Assembly: GCF_016127575.1 (NCBI RefSeq)
Contig: NZ_CP066019.1
Location: forward strand, 2,160,001-2,192,000
Length of the DNA stretch: 32,000 nucleotides
Direction: 5' to 3'
Source: Cupriavidus necator
GTDB taxonomy: Bacteria > Pseudomonadota > Gammaproteobacteria > Burkholderiales > Burkholderiaceae
The position numbers and the translations under genes were made by a program. Positions 24,733-32,000 of the stretch are shown one piece after another; the first letter of the stretch is position 1, and each line of letters begins with the position of its first letter. The notes below the pieces were generated by a model, which saw only the letters and a program-made list of their open reading frames with translations, searched no databases and was not told the DNA's origin.

Positions 24733-25707
24733 TTGACCATTAAAAACCGATTCACCCTGGGCCTGTTGGCAACGGCAGCCCTCATCGCGGCGGCCCCGGC
24801 TTGCGCACAAGAACAGTGGCCAGCAAAGACGATCCGCTTTGTCGTGCCCTTTGCCGCCGGCGGCGCCAATGACCTGATGGCGCGCGCCGCGGCCGAGGGC
24901 GCAACCAAGGCGCTGGGCCAGACCGTGCTGATCGAGAACCGGCCCGGCGCGGGCGGCACCGTGGGCGCCGACATCGTGGCCAAGAGCGCGCCGGATGGCT
25001 ATACCTTCCTGATCAGCGCAGCCGGCGTCATCTCCAACAGCATGATCAAGAAGTCAATGCCGTTCAAGGATGACGCGCTGGTTCCCGTGGCCATGATCGG
25101 CCTTGCGCCTTCGGTCATCGTGGTGCCGAAGAACGCGCCCTACAAGGATCTGCGCGACTTCGTCGAGGCCTCAAAGAAGGGGAACGGTTTCAACTTCGCG
25201 ACCGCGGGGACCGGCAGCACCCCGCACTTCGTGGCGGAGATCCTGAATGTGAAGTACGGCGCAAAGCTGCAGCCGGTGCCCTACAAGAGCGGGTCGGAAA
25301 GCACTACGGCAGTGCTGGGCGGCCAGGTGGAAGGAACCTCCGAGGCCAGCATCATCGCCCTTCCGCATATCCTGCACGATGGCAAGTTCAAGGCGCTCGC
25401 CACCACCTGGACGCAGCGCATCTCGGCCTACCCGCAGCTTTCCACCGCGGTGGAGCAAGGCTTCCCGGACCTGCAGATCGCGCATTGGGCCGGCGTCCAT
25501 GCCCCCAAGGGGACGCCCGACGCCATCCTGGACAAGGTGGCCGCCGCGGTGGACAAGGCCATGAAGGACCCGGCCGCCGCCGCCAAGCTGAAGGCCGTGG
25601 GCATCGAACCGGTCGGCGGCACGCGTGCGGACTTCGTGAAGTTTGTCGAGGCGGAGCGCAAGCGGCTGGGCGAGATTGTCAAGGCCGCCAGGATGCAGGA
25701 GAAGTAA
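24733..25707 (+). CDS. Bug/TctC-family periplasmic binding protein
   Basis: TTG start at 24733, with GGAG 7 nt upstream. Signal peptide (M)TIKNRFTLGLLATAALIAAAPACA, then WPAKTIRFVVPFAAGGANDLMAR. Confidence 0.9.
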   Translation: MTIKNRFTLGLLATAALIAAAPACAQEQWPAKTIRFVVPFAAGGANDLMARAAAEGATKALGQTVLIENRPGAGGTVGADIVAKSAPDGYTFLISAAGVISNSMIKKSMPFKDDALVPVAMIGLAPSVIVVPKNAPYKDLRDFVEASKKGNGFNFATAGTGSTPHFVAEILNVKYGAKLQPVPYKSGSESTTAVLGGQVEGTSEASIIALPHILHDGKFKALATTWTQRISAYPQLSTAVEQGFPDLQIAHWAGVHAPKGTPDAILDKVAAAVDKAMKDPAAAAKLKAVGIEPVGGTRADFVKFVEAERKRLGEIVKAARMQEK

Positions 25708-25736
25708 TCGCTGTGCCCGCCATGCCGCCCCATCGG

Positions 25737-26711
25737 TCAGGACGCCGGGGCGGCACGGCTTTCATTGGCCGTTGCCGCAGGCAGGTTGCGGCGCCCCCAG
25801 TTCTCTGCCTGCCGCTCCAGGTGCAGGCGGATAAAGTCCATCAGCGTTCGCGTTGCCAGCGTGGGATAGCGGTTTGGCGCGGTCAGCATGTAGACACTGT
25901 CGCCCACGCCTTCGGCTTCGCACTCGGCCAGCACCTCGCGCATCTGTCCGGACTGCAGTTGCCGCCAGACCGCATAGCGCGGCAGCAGCGCCACGCCCAG
26001 CCCGCCCATCACCGACTCGAACAGGAACGGATAGTCGCCTGACTGGATCCGGGGCGACACGCGCAGCGTCATCGGCGTGCCCGCCAGCCATACCTTCAGC
26101 GTAAAGCGGCGCCCCAGCGATGCCGGGGCAATCATGTCGCAGCGCTCCAGGTCGGCCACGGTCCGGATCGGCCCGTGGCTGTCCAGGAACGAGGCCGACG
26201 CGCACAGGCACCAGCCGACATCGCAGATGCGCCTCGCCACGTGGTCATCGGGCGGCTGCGAGGTGATCTTCAGCGCCACGTCGACCTCGGCCGGGATCAG
26301 GTCGCCAATGTTGTCGTTGATGACGACGCGCAGCGAAATCTGCGGGTAGTTGCGCGCGAATTCCAGCAGCAATGGGGTCAGGTAGAGATGACCCAGTCCC
26401 GTGGGCAGGCGAATACGCACGTCGCCGCGCACCACCTGGCCAAGGCTGTCGATCGAGGTATTGGCCGACTGCAGTTCGTCCAGCATGCGCAAGCCATGCG
26501 CGTACAGCAACTGGCCCGCCTCGGTCAGTTCGACATGGCGCGTGGTGCGGCGCATCAACTGGGCGCCCAGGTGCTGCTCCAGTAATTTCAGGCGGCGCGA
26601 TACGTTGGAGCGGGTCATGCCGCTGCGCTCCGCGGCGGCGGTCAGCGTGCGCGACTCGACCATGGTCACGAACAGCCGCACCAGGTTGAGATCGAAATTA
26701 TTGTCAATCAT
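25737..26711 (-). CDS. LysR-family transcriptional regulator
   Basis: 324 aa. HTH LNLVRLFVTMVESRTLTAAAERSGMTRSNVSRRLKLLEQHL. Divergent from the CoA-transferase operon. Confidence 0.9.
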   Translation of the reverse strand: MIDNNFDLNLVRLFVTMVESRTLTAAAERSGMTRSNVSRRLKLLEQHLGAQLMRRTTRHVELTEAGQLLYAHGLRMLDELQSANTSIDSLGQVVRGDVRIRLPTGLGHLYLTPLLLEFARNYPQISLRVVINDNIGDLIPAEVDVALKITSQPPDDHVARRICDVGWCLCASASFLDSHGPIRTVADLERCDMIAPASLGRRFTLKVWLAGTPMTLRVSPRIQSGDYPFLFESVMGGLGVALLPRYAVWRQLQSGQMREVLAECEAEGVGDSVYMLTAPNRYPTLATRTLMDFIRLHLERQAENWGRRNLPAATANESRAAPAS

Positions 26712-26801
26712 GAGTCAACACCGTAGGCACAAATCGAGGGATTGTCCTGGCAGGAAGCCAACCCTAGCATAAACCTCCTGCTTACCCACCTTTCGAACGC
26801 C

Positions 26802-28031
26802 ATGTCCGCACTGCCCGCTTCCGACCTGTCCGACACCGACCTGCCTTTCGCCGGCCTGCGCGTGCTCGACATCAGCCAGGGCATTGCCGGCCCGTATTGC
26901 GCGCACATCCTGTGGCAGCAAGGCGCTGGAATCGTCAAGGTCGAGCCGCCCGCGGGCGACTGGGGCCGCAAGGTCGGGGTCGTGCGCGGCGATACCAGCG
27001 CGCTGGCGATCGCCTATAACGCCGGCAAGCGCAGCGCCTGCATCGACGCCACCACTGACGCCGGCAAGGAGGTGCTGCTCGGCCTTGCGCTGCAGGCGGA
27101 CATCGTCGTGCAGAACTTCCGCCCTCAAGTGGCGGAACGGCTGGGCGTGGGCTATGCGGCGCTGGCCGCGCAGCGGCCAGCGCTGATCTATGTGTCGATC
27201 AGCGGCTATGGCCCGGATGGTCCCTATGCCGACTATCCGGCTTCGGACTCGGTGATGCAGGCCGACTCCGGGCTGATGTTCGCCAACCGTGGCGCCGACG
27301 GTGGCGCGCGCCGCATCGGCATGCTGCTCGCCGACGCCGCCACCGGCCTCTATGCCGCCCAGGCCTGCGCCGCGGCGCTGTGCCGGCGTTTTCGCAGCGG
27401 GCTCGGCGGCCATGTCGAGCTGAACCTGTTCGATGCCTGCTGTGCGCTGCAGGCCAACAACCTGCTCGAGCATGCCATCGGTGGTCCGACGGCCGCCGGC
27501 CCGGTGAGCGCGCCCAATGGCGTCTATGCCAGCAGCGACGGCAGCGTGACGCTGCTGGCGCTGAACAACGCGCAGTTCGCCAAGCTATGCCATGCGCTGG
27601 ACCGCACCGGCTGGCTGGAAGACCCGCGCTTTGCCGACAATGCCGCGCGCATGGCCCACGCCGCGCTGCTGAACCAGCAGGTGGCCGAGCAGATCGCCAC
27701 GCGCACGACCGCGCAATGGCAAGACATCCTCAGCCGGCACGACGTGCTGCATGCCCCGGTGCGCAGCTATGACGACGTGCTGGCGCACCCGCAGGCGGCA
27801 TACCGGCAGACCTTCCAGACGATCGCGCAGCCGGGGCTCGGACCGCTGCCCTTCGCCGGCATCCCGGCGCGCGACATGCGCCGGGATGCCGGCCCGGCGC
27901 CGGCCAACGGCGAACATACCGTGCAGGTCCTGCGCGAGGCCGGCTTCGGCCAGCAGGCCATCGACGCATGGCTGCAGCAGGGTGTGGTGCGACAGGCGAC
28001 GGCCCCCGCGGCCAAGGCAGGTGTGCAATGA
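26802..28031 (+). CDS. Family III CoA-transferase (CaiB/BaiF/Frc-like)
   Basis: ATG 26802 gives MSALPASDLSDTDLPFAGLRVLDISQGIAGPYCAHILWQQGAGIVKVEPP, the canonical N-terminus. Also the active-site region SDSVMQADSGLM. The upstream TTG at 26742 was rejected because its SD spacing is 1 nt. Confidence 0.85.
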   Translation: MSALPASDLSDTDLPFAGLRVLDISQGIAGPYCAHILWQQGAGIVKVEPPAGDWGRKVGVVRGDTSALAIAYNAGKRSACIDATTDAGKEVLLGLALQADIVVQNFRPQVAERLGVGYAALAAQRPALIYVSISGYGPDGPYADYPASDSVMQADSGLMFANRGADGGARRIGMLLADAATGLYAAQACAAALCRRFRSGLGGHVELNLFDACCALQANNLLEHAIGGPTAAGPVSAPNGVYASSDGSVTLLALNNAQFAKLCHALDRTGWLEDPRFADNAARMAHAALLNQQVAEQIATRTTAQWQDILSRHDVLHAPVRSYDDVLAHPQAAYRQTFQTIAQPGLGPLPFAGIPARDMRRDAGPAPANGEHTVQVLREAGFGQQAIDAWLQQGVVRQATAPAAKAGVQ

Positions 28032-29038
28032 AGGCGCTTGTCTGCAAGCAGTTCGGCGGCGTGCAGGACGTGGCGCTGCAGGCCATCCCGGAACCGGTGC
28101 TGGCCGACCCGCATGCGGTCACGATTGCCGTCGAGTACGCCAGCGTCAGCCACGCCACCGGCCTGATGATCGCCGGCCAGTACCAGCGCCGGCCCCCGTT
28201 GCCCTTCGTGCCCGGTACCGAAGCGGTCGGCCGCGTGGTGGCCTGCGGTGACGCGTGCACGCGGCTGCGTCCCGGCGACCGGGTGGTGGCGATCGCGGAC
28301 TGGGGCTGCTTTGCCGAACAGGTCACCGTGCCCGAGTACACCGTCTACCGCGTCCCGGATGCGCTGCCGTCAAAGGCCGCGCTGCCGATCCCGATTTCCT
28401 ATGGCACGGCGTATTGCGGGCTGGTGTGGCGCTGCGCGCTGCGCCCGAATGACACGGTGCTGGTGCTTGGCGCCGGGGCCGGTGTCGGCCTGGCTGCCGT
28501 GGAAATTGCGCGCCAGCTCGGCGCCACCGTCATCGCCTGCGCCAGCACCGAGGCCAAGCGTGCCGACGCGCTGCGGCGCGGCGCCACGCACGCGCTGGCC
28601 CCGGCGGACCTGGCGGCATCGGTCAAGGCGCTGACGCACGGCCGTGGCGCGGACGTAGTGGTGGACCCGGTCGGCGGCGACCTGTTCAACCAGGCCCTGC
28701 GTGCGGCGGCGGCGAACGCGCGCATCCTCAGCATCGGCTTTGCCAGCGGCACCATCCCGCAGGCCCCGGTCAACCTGCTGCTGGTCAAGAACCTCACGCT
28801 GCACGGGTTCTTCTTTGGCCGCTACATCGGCTGGACGCCCGCCAACGAGCGGGCCGAGCATGCAACGGCGCTGCAGGAGGTCATGGCGACGCTGTTCGAT
28901 TGGGCCGCGCGGGGCAAGCTGGAGCCGACCGTATCCGCGGTCTATCCGATCACCGGCCTGGACGACGCCCTGGCCGCGCTGGAATCCCGCCAGGTGGTGG
29001 GCAAGGTAGCCATAAAAATCAAGGAGACAGAGACGTGA
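28028..29038 (+). CDS. Quinone oxidoreductase / zinc-type alcohol dehydrogenase-like (MDR superfamily)
   Basis: ATG 28028 overlaps the CoA-transferase stop (ATGA). The 336-aa protein starts MKALVCKQFGG.... Rossmann motif LGAGAGVGLAAVEIA. Confidence 0.85.
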   Translation: MKALVCKQFGGVQDVALQAIPEPVLADPHAVTIAVEYASVSHATGLMIAGQYQRRPPLPFVPGTEAVGRVVACGDACTRLRPGDRVVAIADWGCFAEQVTVPEYTVYRVPDALPSKAALPIPISYGTAYCGLVWRCALRPNDTVLVLGAGAGVGLAAVEIARQLGATVIACASTEAKRADALRRGATHALAPADLAASVKALTHGRGADVVVDPVGGDLFNQALRAAAANARILSIGFASGTIPQAPVNLLLVKNLTLHGFFFGRYIGWTPANERAEHATALQEVMATLFDWAARGKLEPTVSAVYPITGLDDALAALESRQVVGKVAIKIKETET

Positions 29039-30039
29039 ACAACCGATACCAGAAACGACTTCCGGCTTGGCCGCGGCTGCGCGCGGCACTGATGCTGGCG
29101 GCAGCCGCGGCCGCGCTGCCGGCTGCCGCCGTCGCGCAGGACTTCCCGCAGCATCCCGTGCGCATGGTGCTGCCCTACCCCGCCGGCGGGCCCACCGACC
29201 TGCTCGCGCGCGTGGTCGCGGTCAAGATGGGCGAGAGCCTGGGCCAGAGCGTGGTGGTCGACAACAAACCCGGCGCCAGCGGCATGATCGGCGCCGAAGC
29301 CGTGGCGCGCGCTCCCGCCGACGGCTACACCATCCTGGCCAATGCCTCGCTGCATGTGATCAACCCCAGCATTCAGCCGAAGATGCGCTATGACTCCTTC
29401 AAGGACTTCGTGCCGATCACGCAGCTGGCCGACGTGCCGCTGGTGCTGGTGGTCAACAACGCCTCGCCGGTGAAGACAGTGCAGGACCTGATCGCCTACG
29501 CAAATAGCCAGGGCGGTGCGCTCAACTTCGGCTCGGCGGGCAATGCCTCGGCCCAGCACCTGGCCGGCGAATCGTTCAAGCTGGCGGCAAAGGTGCCGAT
29601 GCAGCATGTGCCGTACAAGGGCAGCGCGCCGGCGCTGACGGACCTGATGGGCGGCCAGATCCAGCTGATGTTTGATTCCATGCCGTCGGCGATGCCCTTC
29701 ATCAAGTCCGGCAAGCTGCGTGCCGTTGCCGTGACCACCGCGCGGCGCGCGAGCGCGCTGCCAAACGTGCCCACCGTCGCCGAGTCCGGCCTGCCCGGCT
29801 TCGACATCAGCACCTGGTATGGGCTGTGGGCGCCGCGCGGCACGCCGGCCCCGGTCGTGGAAAAGCTGGCCGCGCATGCGGCCGGCGCGCTGAAGCGGCC
29901 CGATGTGCGCCAGCAATATGCCGACATGGGCGCCGAGCCGGTCGGCTCCTCACCTGGCGACTTTGCCCGCTACAACGCTTCCGAAGGCAAAAAATGGGCG
30001 GAAATCGTGCGGCGCTCGGGGGCCAAGGCAGACCAGTAG
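29035..30039 (+). CDS. Bug/TctC-family periplasmic binding protein
   Basis: GTG 29035 overlaps the upstream stop (GTGA); AAGGAG lies 8 nt upstream. Signal peptide ...LRAALMLAAAAAALPAAAVA, then FPQHPVRMVLPYPAGGPTDLLAR. Confidence 0.9.
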   Translation: MNNRYQKRLPAWPRLRAALMLAAAAAALPAAAVAQDFPQHPVRMVLPYPAGGPTDLLARVVAVKMGESLGQSVVVDNKPGASGMIGAEAVARAPADGYTILANASLHVINPSIQPKMRYDSFKDFVPITQLADVPLVLVVNNASPVKTVQDLIAYANSQGGALNFGSAGNASAQHLAGESFKLAAKVPMQHVPYKGSAPALTDLMGGQIQLMFDSMPSAMPFIKSGKLRAVAVTTARRASALPNVPTVAESGLPGFDISTWYGLWAPRGTPAPVVEKLAAHAAGALKRPDVRQQYADMGAEPVGSSPGDFARYNASEGKKWAEIVRRSGAKADQ

Positions 30040-30060
30040 CGCACGGCGGTTGCCGCAGGA

Positions 30061-30085
30061 CTGGCCGATGCCGGGTGTCGGCCAG
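30061..30085. terminator. Hairpin between convergent Bug and vapC genes
   Basis: CTGGCCGA (30061-30068), 9-nt loop, TCGGCCAG (30078-30085). No U-tract. Confidence 0.3.
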
Positions 30086-30119
30086 ACGCGCAGTTGGCCA
30101 ATCTTTCAGATTGCTGCGA

Positions 30120-30530
30120 TCAATTTCCGGTCGGAACCGTCCAGTCCTCCACCACCAGGCCAGGGACGCGCCGGAATGCCTGGTCATTGGTCACCAGCAC
30201 CGCGCCAGTCTCCAGCGCGTGCGCGGCGATCAGCAGGTTCAGTGCCCCCACCGGCTGTCCTTGGGATTCCAGCGCAGCGCGGGTTTCACCATAGCCGGCC
30301 ATCACTGAAGGGGTCCAGGGCAATACCTCGACCCTGCGCAGCAACTCGTCGACCGCGCGCGCGAGGCGCGCTGCGCCGGGACGCTTGGCCAGCCCGTACA
30401 TCAGTTCCGCACCGGTGATGGCTGACAGGCACAGCGCCACCATCGGCGCTGCCGTCACGCGTGCCACGACTGCCGGATGTGCCCGCAACAGAAGGCTCAC
30501 GATATTGGTGTCGAGCATGTAGCGCGTCAT
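30120..30530 (-). CDS. vapC: VapC toxin (PIN-domain ribonuclease)
   Basis: ATG 30530 overlaps the vapB stop (ATGA at 30527-30530). The 136-aa protein starts [12 protein letters not shown] and has PIN acidic positions (DTN, GAEL, VTND). Confidence 0.9.
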   Translation of the reverse strand: MTRYMLDTNIVSLLLRAHPAVVARVTAAPMVALCLSAITGAELMYGLAKRPGAARLARAVDELLRRVEVLPWTPSVMAGYGETRAALESQGQPVGALNLLIAAHALETGAVLVTNDQAFRRVPGLVVEDWTVPTGN

Positions 30531-30778
30531 TCGAGACCCGCCAGCGGATCCCTGGCTTGCTCGCCCTGCGCGCGGTCGGCCATAAAGTCTTCCGGCACGG
30601 CGCTGTCCTTGATGGCAGCCAAAAAGCCGTCCCAACTCTCCGGCCGGCGCGACAGGATCACGTCACCGGTGGACGGGTCACGGCGAATATATACCTCGCG
30701 CTCGGCGAAGCGGAATTCCTGCGGCAGCCGTACCGCCTGGCTGCGGCCGGTGGTGAAGATCTTGGCAGTGGTGCTCAC
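30527..30778 (-). CDS. vapB: VapB antitoxin (AbrB/SpoVT-type)
   Basis: GTG 30778, with AGGA 6 nt upstream. The 83-aa protein (V)[32 protein letters not shown] matches the AbrB-type VapB N-terminus. An alternative ATG at 30817 would add 13 aa. The rest of the 431-aa ORF is antisense to the ABC binding-protein gene. Confidence 0.85.
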   Translation of the reverse strand: MSTTAKIFTTGRSQAVRLPQEFRFAEREVYIRRDPSTGDVILSRRPESWDGFLAAIKDSAVPEDFMADRAQGEQARDPLAGLE

Positions 30779-30790
30779 GATATTTCCTTT

Positions 30791-30841
30791 GATAGATACC
30801 AAAAGATATACCGTCATGCGATGGATATCAAGATAGCTACC
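30791..30841 (-). promoter_or_regulatory. vapBC promoter/operator region with GATA(N)TACC repeats
   Basis: GATAGATACC (30791-30800), GATATACC (30805-30812) and GATAGCTACC (30832-30841). On the minus strand: TTGATA (30831-30826), 17-nt spacer, TATCTT (30808-30803), a sigma70-like -35/-10 about 25 nt upstream of the GTG. The local patch is AT-rich. Confidence 0.4.
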
Positions 30842-31058
30842 ACTAGCTGTATCTGTGGGATGTCTAACGAGATGGGACGAAAAATGCGCTAAGCAACACC
30901 TACGTCCCAGCAATGCTTCGTCCCTTGTTTTGCTCTGCGGCGCACCGCAACCGTGCACCCATGCGCCCGGATTGAGCACGGGCTCCCCCTCATTTCCCCA
31001 GCGCCCATTCAAAGCTACGGGTTTTCGCTCGTTGAACGTTGGCATGTCTGTTGCATAG

Positions 31059-31077
31059 TATTCAAGTGACTTGAATA
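31059..31077. promoter_or_regulatory. Perfect 19-bp palindrome TATTCAAGT-G-ACTTGAATA upstream of the ABC binding-protein gene
   Basis: Seen at 31059-31077, 119 nt upstream of GTG 31196. It is followed by an 8-bp direct repeat AGCTTTCC (31088-31095 and 31099-31106, 11-bp period). Confidence 0.4.
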
Positions 31078-31195
31078 TGGTGCAGGCAGCTTTCCAAGAG
31101 CTTTCCCGGGCGTCCACACGCGCCTTGCATCGGTTCGGGTCGGTGACGCCGCGCAGCGGTCCGTCCAATTGTCCATGCAACCCAGGGGGAAGAGA

Positions 31196-32000
31196 GTGCG
31201 CAAGAAACACACTGCAGTAGCCGCCGCCATCGCAGCCGCAGCGACCGGAATGGTCCTGACGGCAGCACCGGCGCAGGCCAAGGATGTCGTCAAGATTGCC
31301 TTTGTCGGTCCGCTGACCGGTGGCGTGTCGTCGATCGGCCTGGGCGGACGCAATTCCGCGGACCTGGCCGTGCGCTTGCGCAATGCGGACCCGAAGGCCA
31401 GGTACACCTATGAACTGGTGGTGCAGGACGACGAGTGCCGGCCGAACGTCGGCGTGCAGGTGGCGACCAAGATCGCGGCGGACAAGTCCATCGTTGCCGG
31501 CGTGACGCACTTCTGCTCTGCCGTGGCCATGGGCACAGTGGGCGTCTACAGCCGCTTCGGCATGCCCGCCGTGGTGTGGGGCGCCGTGCTGCCCGAGGTC
31601 ACCTATGGCAACAAGTTCAAGGAGATCCATCGCGTCAACGGCACGATGATCAACCAGAGCGAAGTGGCGGCCAAATTCATGACCGGGCTGGGCTACAAGA
31701 AGTGGGCGATCATCCATGACACCACCGACTACGGCAAGGGCCACAACAAGTATTTCAGCGAGTTCCTGAAGAAGGACGGCGGCACCATCGTCGGCACGTT
31801 CGGCGTGACAGCCGATCAGCAAGATTTCACCACGGAGCTGACCAAGATCCGCGAACTGAAGCCCGACGTGGTGTATTTTGGCGGCCTCACGCCGCTGGGC
31901 GTGCGCATCCGCACGCAGATGGACAAGCTCGGCATCAAGGCTCAGTTCGAGGGCACGTCGGGCATCAAGTCCGATGCCTATATCGAAGGCGTGGGCAAAT
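31196..32000 (+). CDS. ABC transporter periplasmic binding protein, LivK / branched-chain amino-acid type (3' end outside window)
   Basis: The frame stays open to the window end, so it is absent from the ORF track. GTG 31196 has GGGGGA 5 nt upstream; an alternative ATG lies at 31175. Signal peptide (V)[27 protein letters not shown]. The mature protein starts [31 protein letters not shown]..., a typical Leu/Ile/Val-binding family start. Confidence 0.85.
   Translation, partial: MRKKHTAVAAAIAAAATGMVLTAAPAQAKDVVKIAFVGPLTGGVSSIGLGGRNSADLAVRLRNADPKARYTYELVVQDDECRPNVGVQVATKIAADKSIVAGVTHFCSAVAMGTVGVYSRFGMPAVVWGAVLPEVTYGNKFKEIHRVNGTMINQSEVAAKFMTGLGYKKWAIIHDTTDYGKGHNKYFSEFLKKDGGTIVGTFGVTADQQDFTTELTKIRELKPDVVYFGGLTPLGVRIRTQMDKLGIKAQFEGTSGIKSDAYIEGVGK

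Noticed and set aside
30779-31822. Upstream 348 codons of the 431-aa minus-strand ORF 30527-31822
   Set aside because: Only the last 83 codons (VapB) look real. The rest crosses an AT-rich non-coding spacer and then runs antisense to the ABC binding-protein gene.
1-32000. Search for CRISPR arrays, tRNA/rRNA genes, integrons, retron/DGR-type repeats, or an intact IS with paired inverted repeats
   Set aside because: I saw no regularly spaced repeat array, no cloverleaf-like or rRNA-like conserved stretch, and no second copy of the putative ISL3 end. This was a visual inspection only, so short or degenerate elements could have been missed.

Overview
GC-rich sequence (about two-thirds G+C by eye) that looks betaproteobacterial. 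It best fits a Cupriavidus/Ralstonia-type Burkholderiales replicon; this is an inference from codon bias and from three Bug/TctC-family binding proteins within 8 kb. I call 33 protein-coding features (two run off the window ends), one ISL3 transposase remnant, and several hairpins and operator-like repeats. I found no rRNA, tRNA, CRISPR array or intact mobile element. The window is a patchwork of small regulator-plus-enzyme modules:
- MocR-PaiB-LysE
- a fused indolepyruvate:ferredoxin oxidoreductase with a LysR regulator
- a peroxide/redox cluster (GlxA-type AraC, NmrA-like, Ohr, AhpD-like CMD, secreted cupin)
- an MFS transporter
- HxlR-NTF2-SDR
- XRE/cupin-Bug-class II aldolase
- LysR plus CoA-transferase-quinone oxidoreductase-Bug
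- vapBC
- the start of a LivK-type ABC binding protein
The best candidate for an undescribed system lies at 17.3-21.7 kb. An AraC-type regulator is followed on the same strand by a tightly coupled RidA / divergent PurA-like (adenylosuccinate synthetase fold) / NimA-like flavoprotein operon. That operon has a terminator-like leader hairpin, a strong intrinsic terminator and a divergent arylformamidase-like hydrolase, and it is bordered by an ISL3 scar. All family calls come from motif recognition by eye; no database search was possible. Many long ORFs in the supplied track are antisense shadow ORFs typical of high-GC DNA and were rejected.
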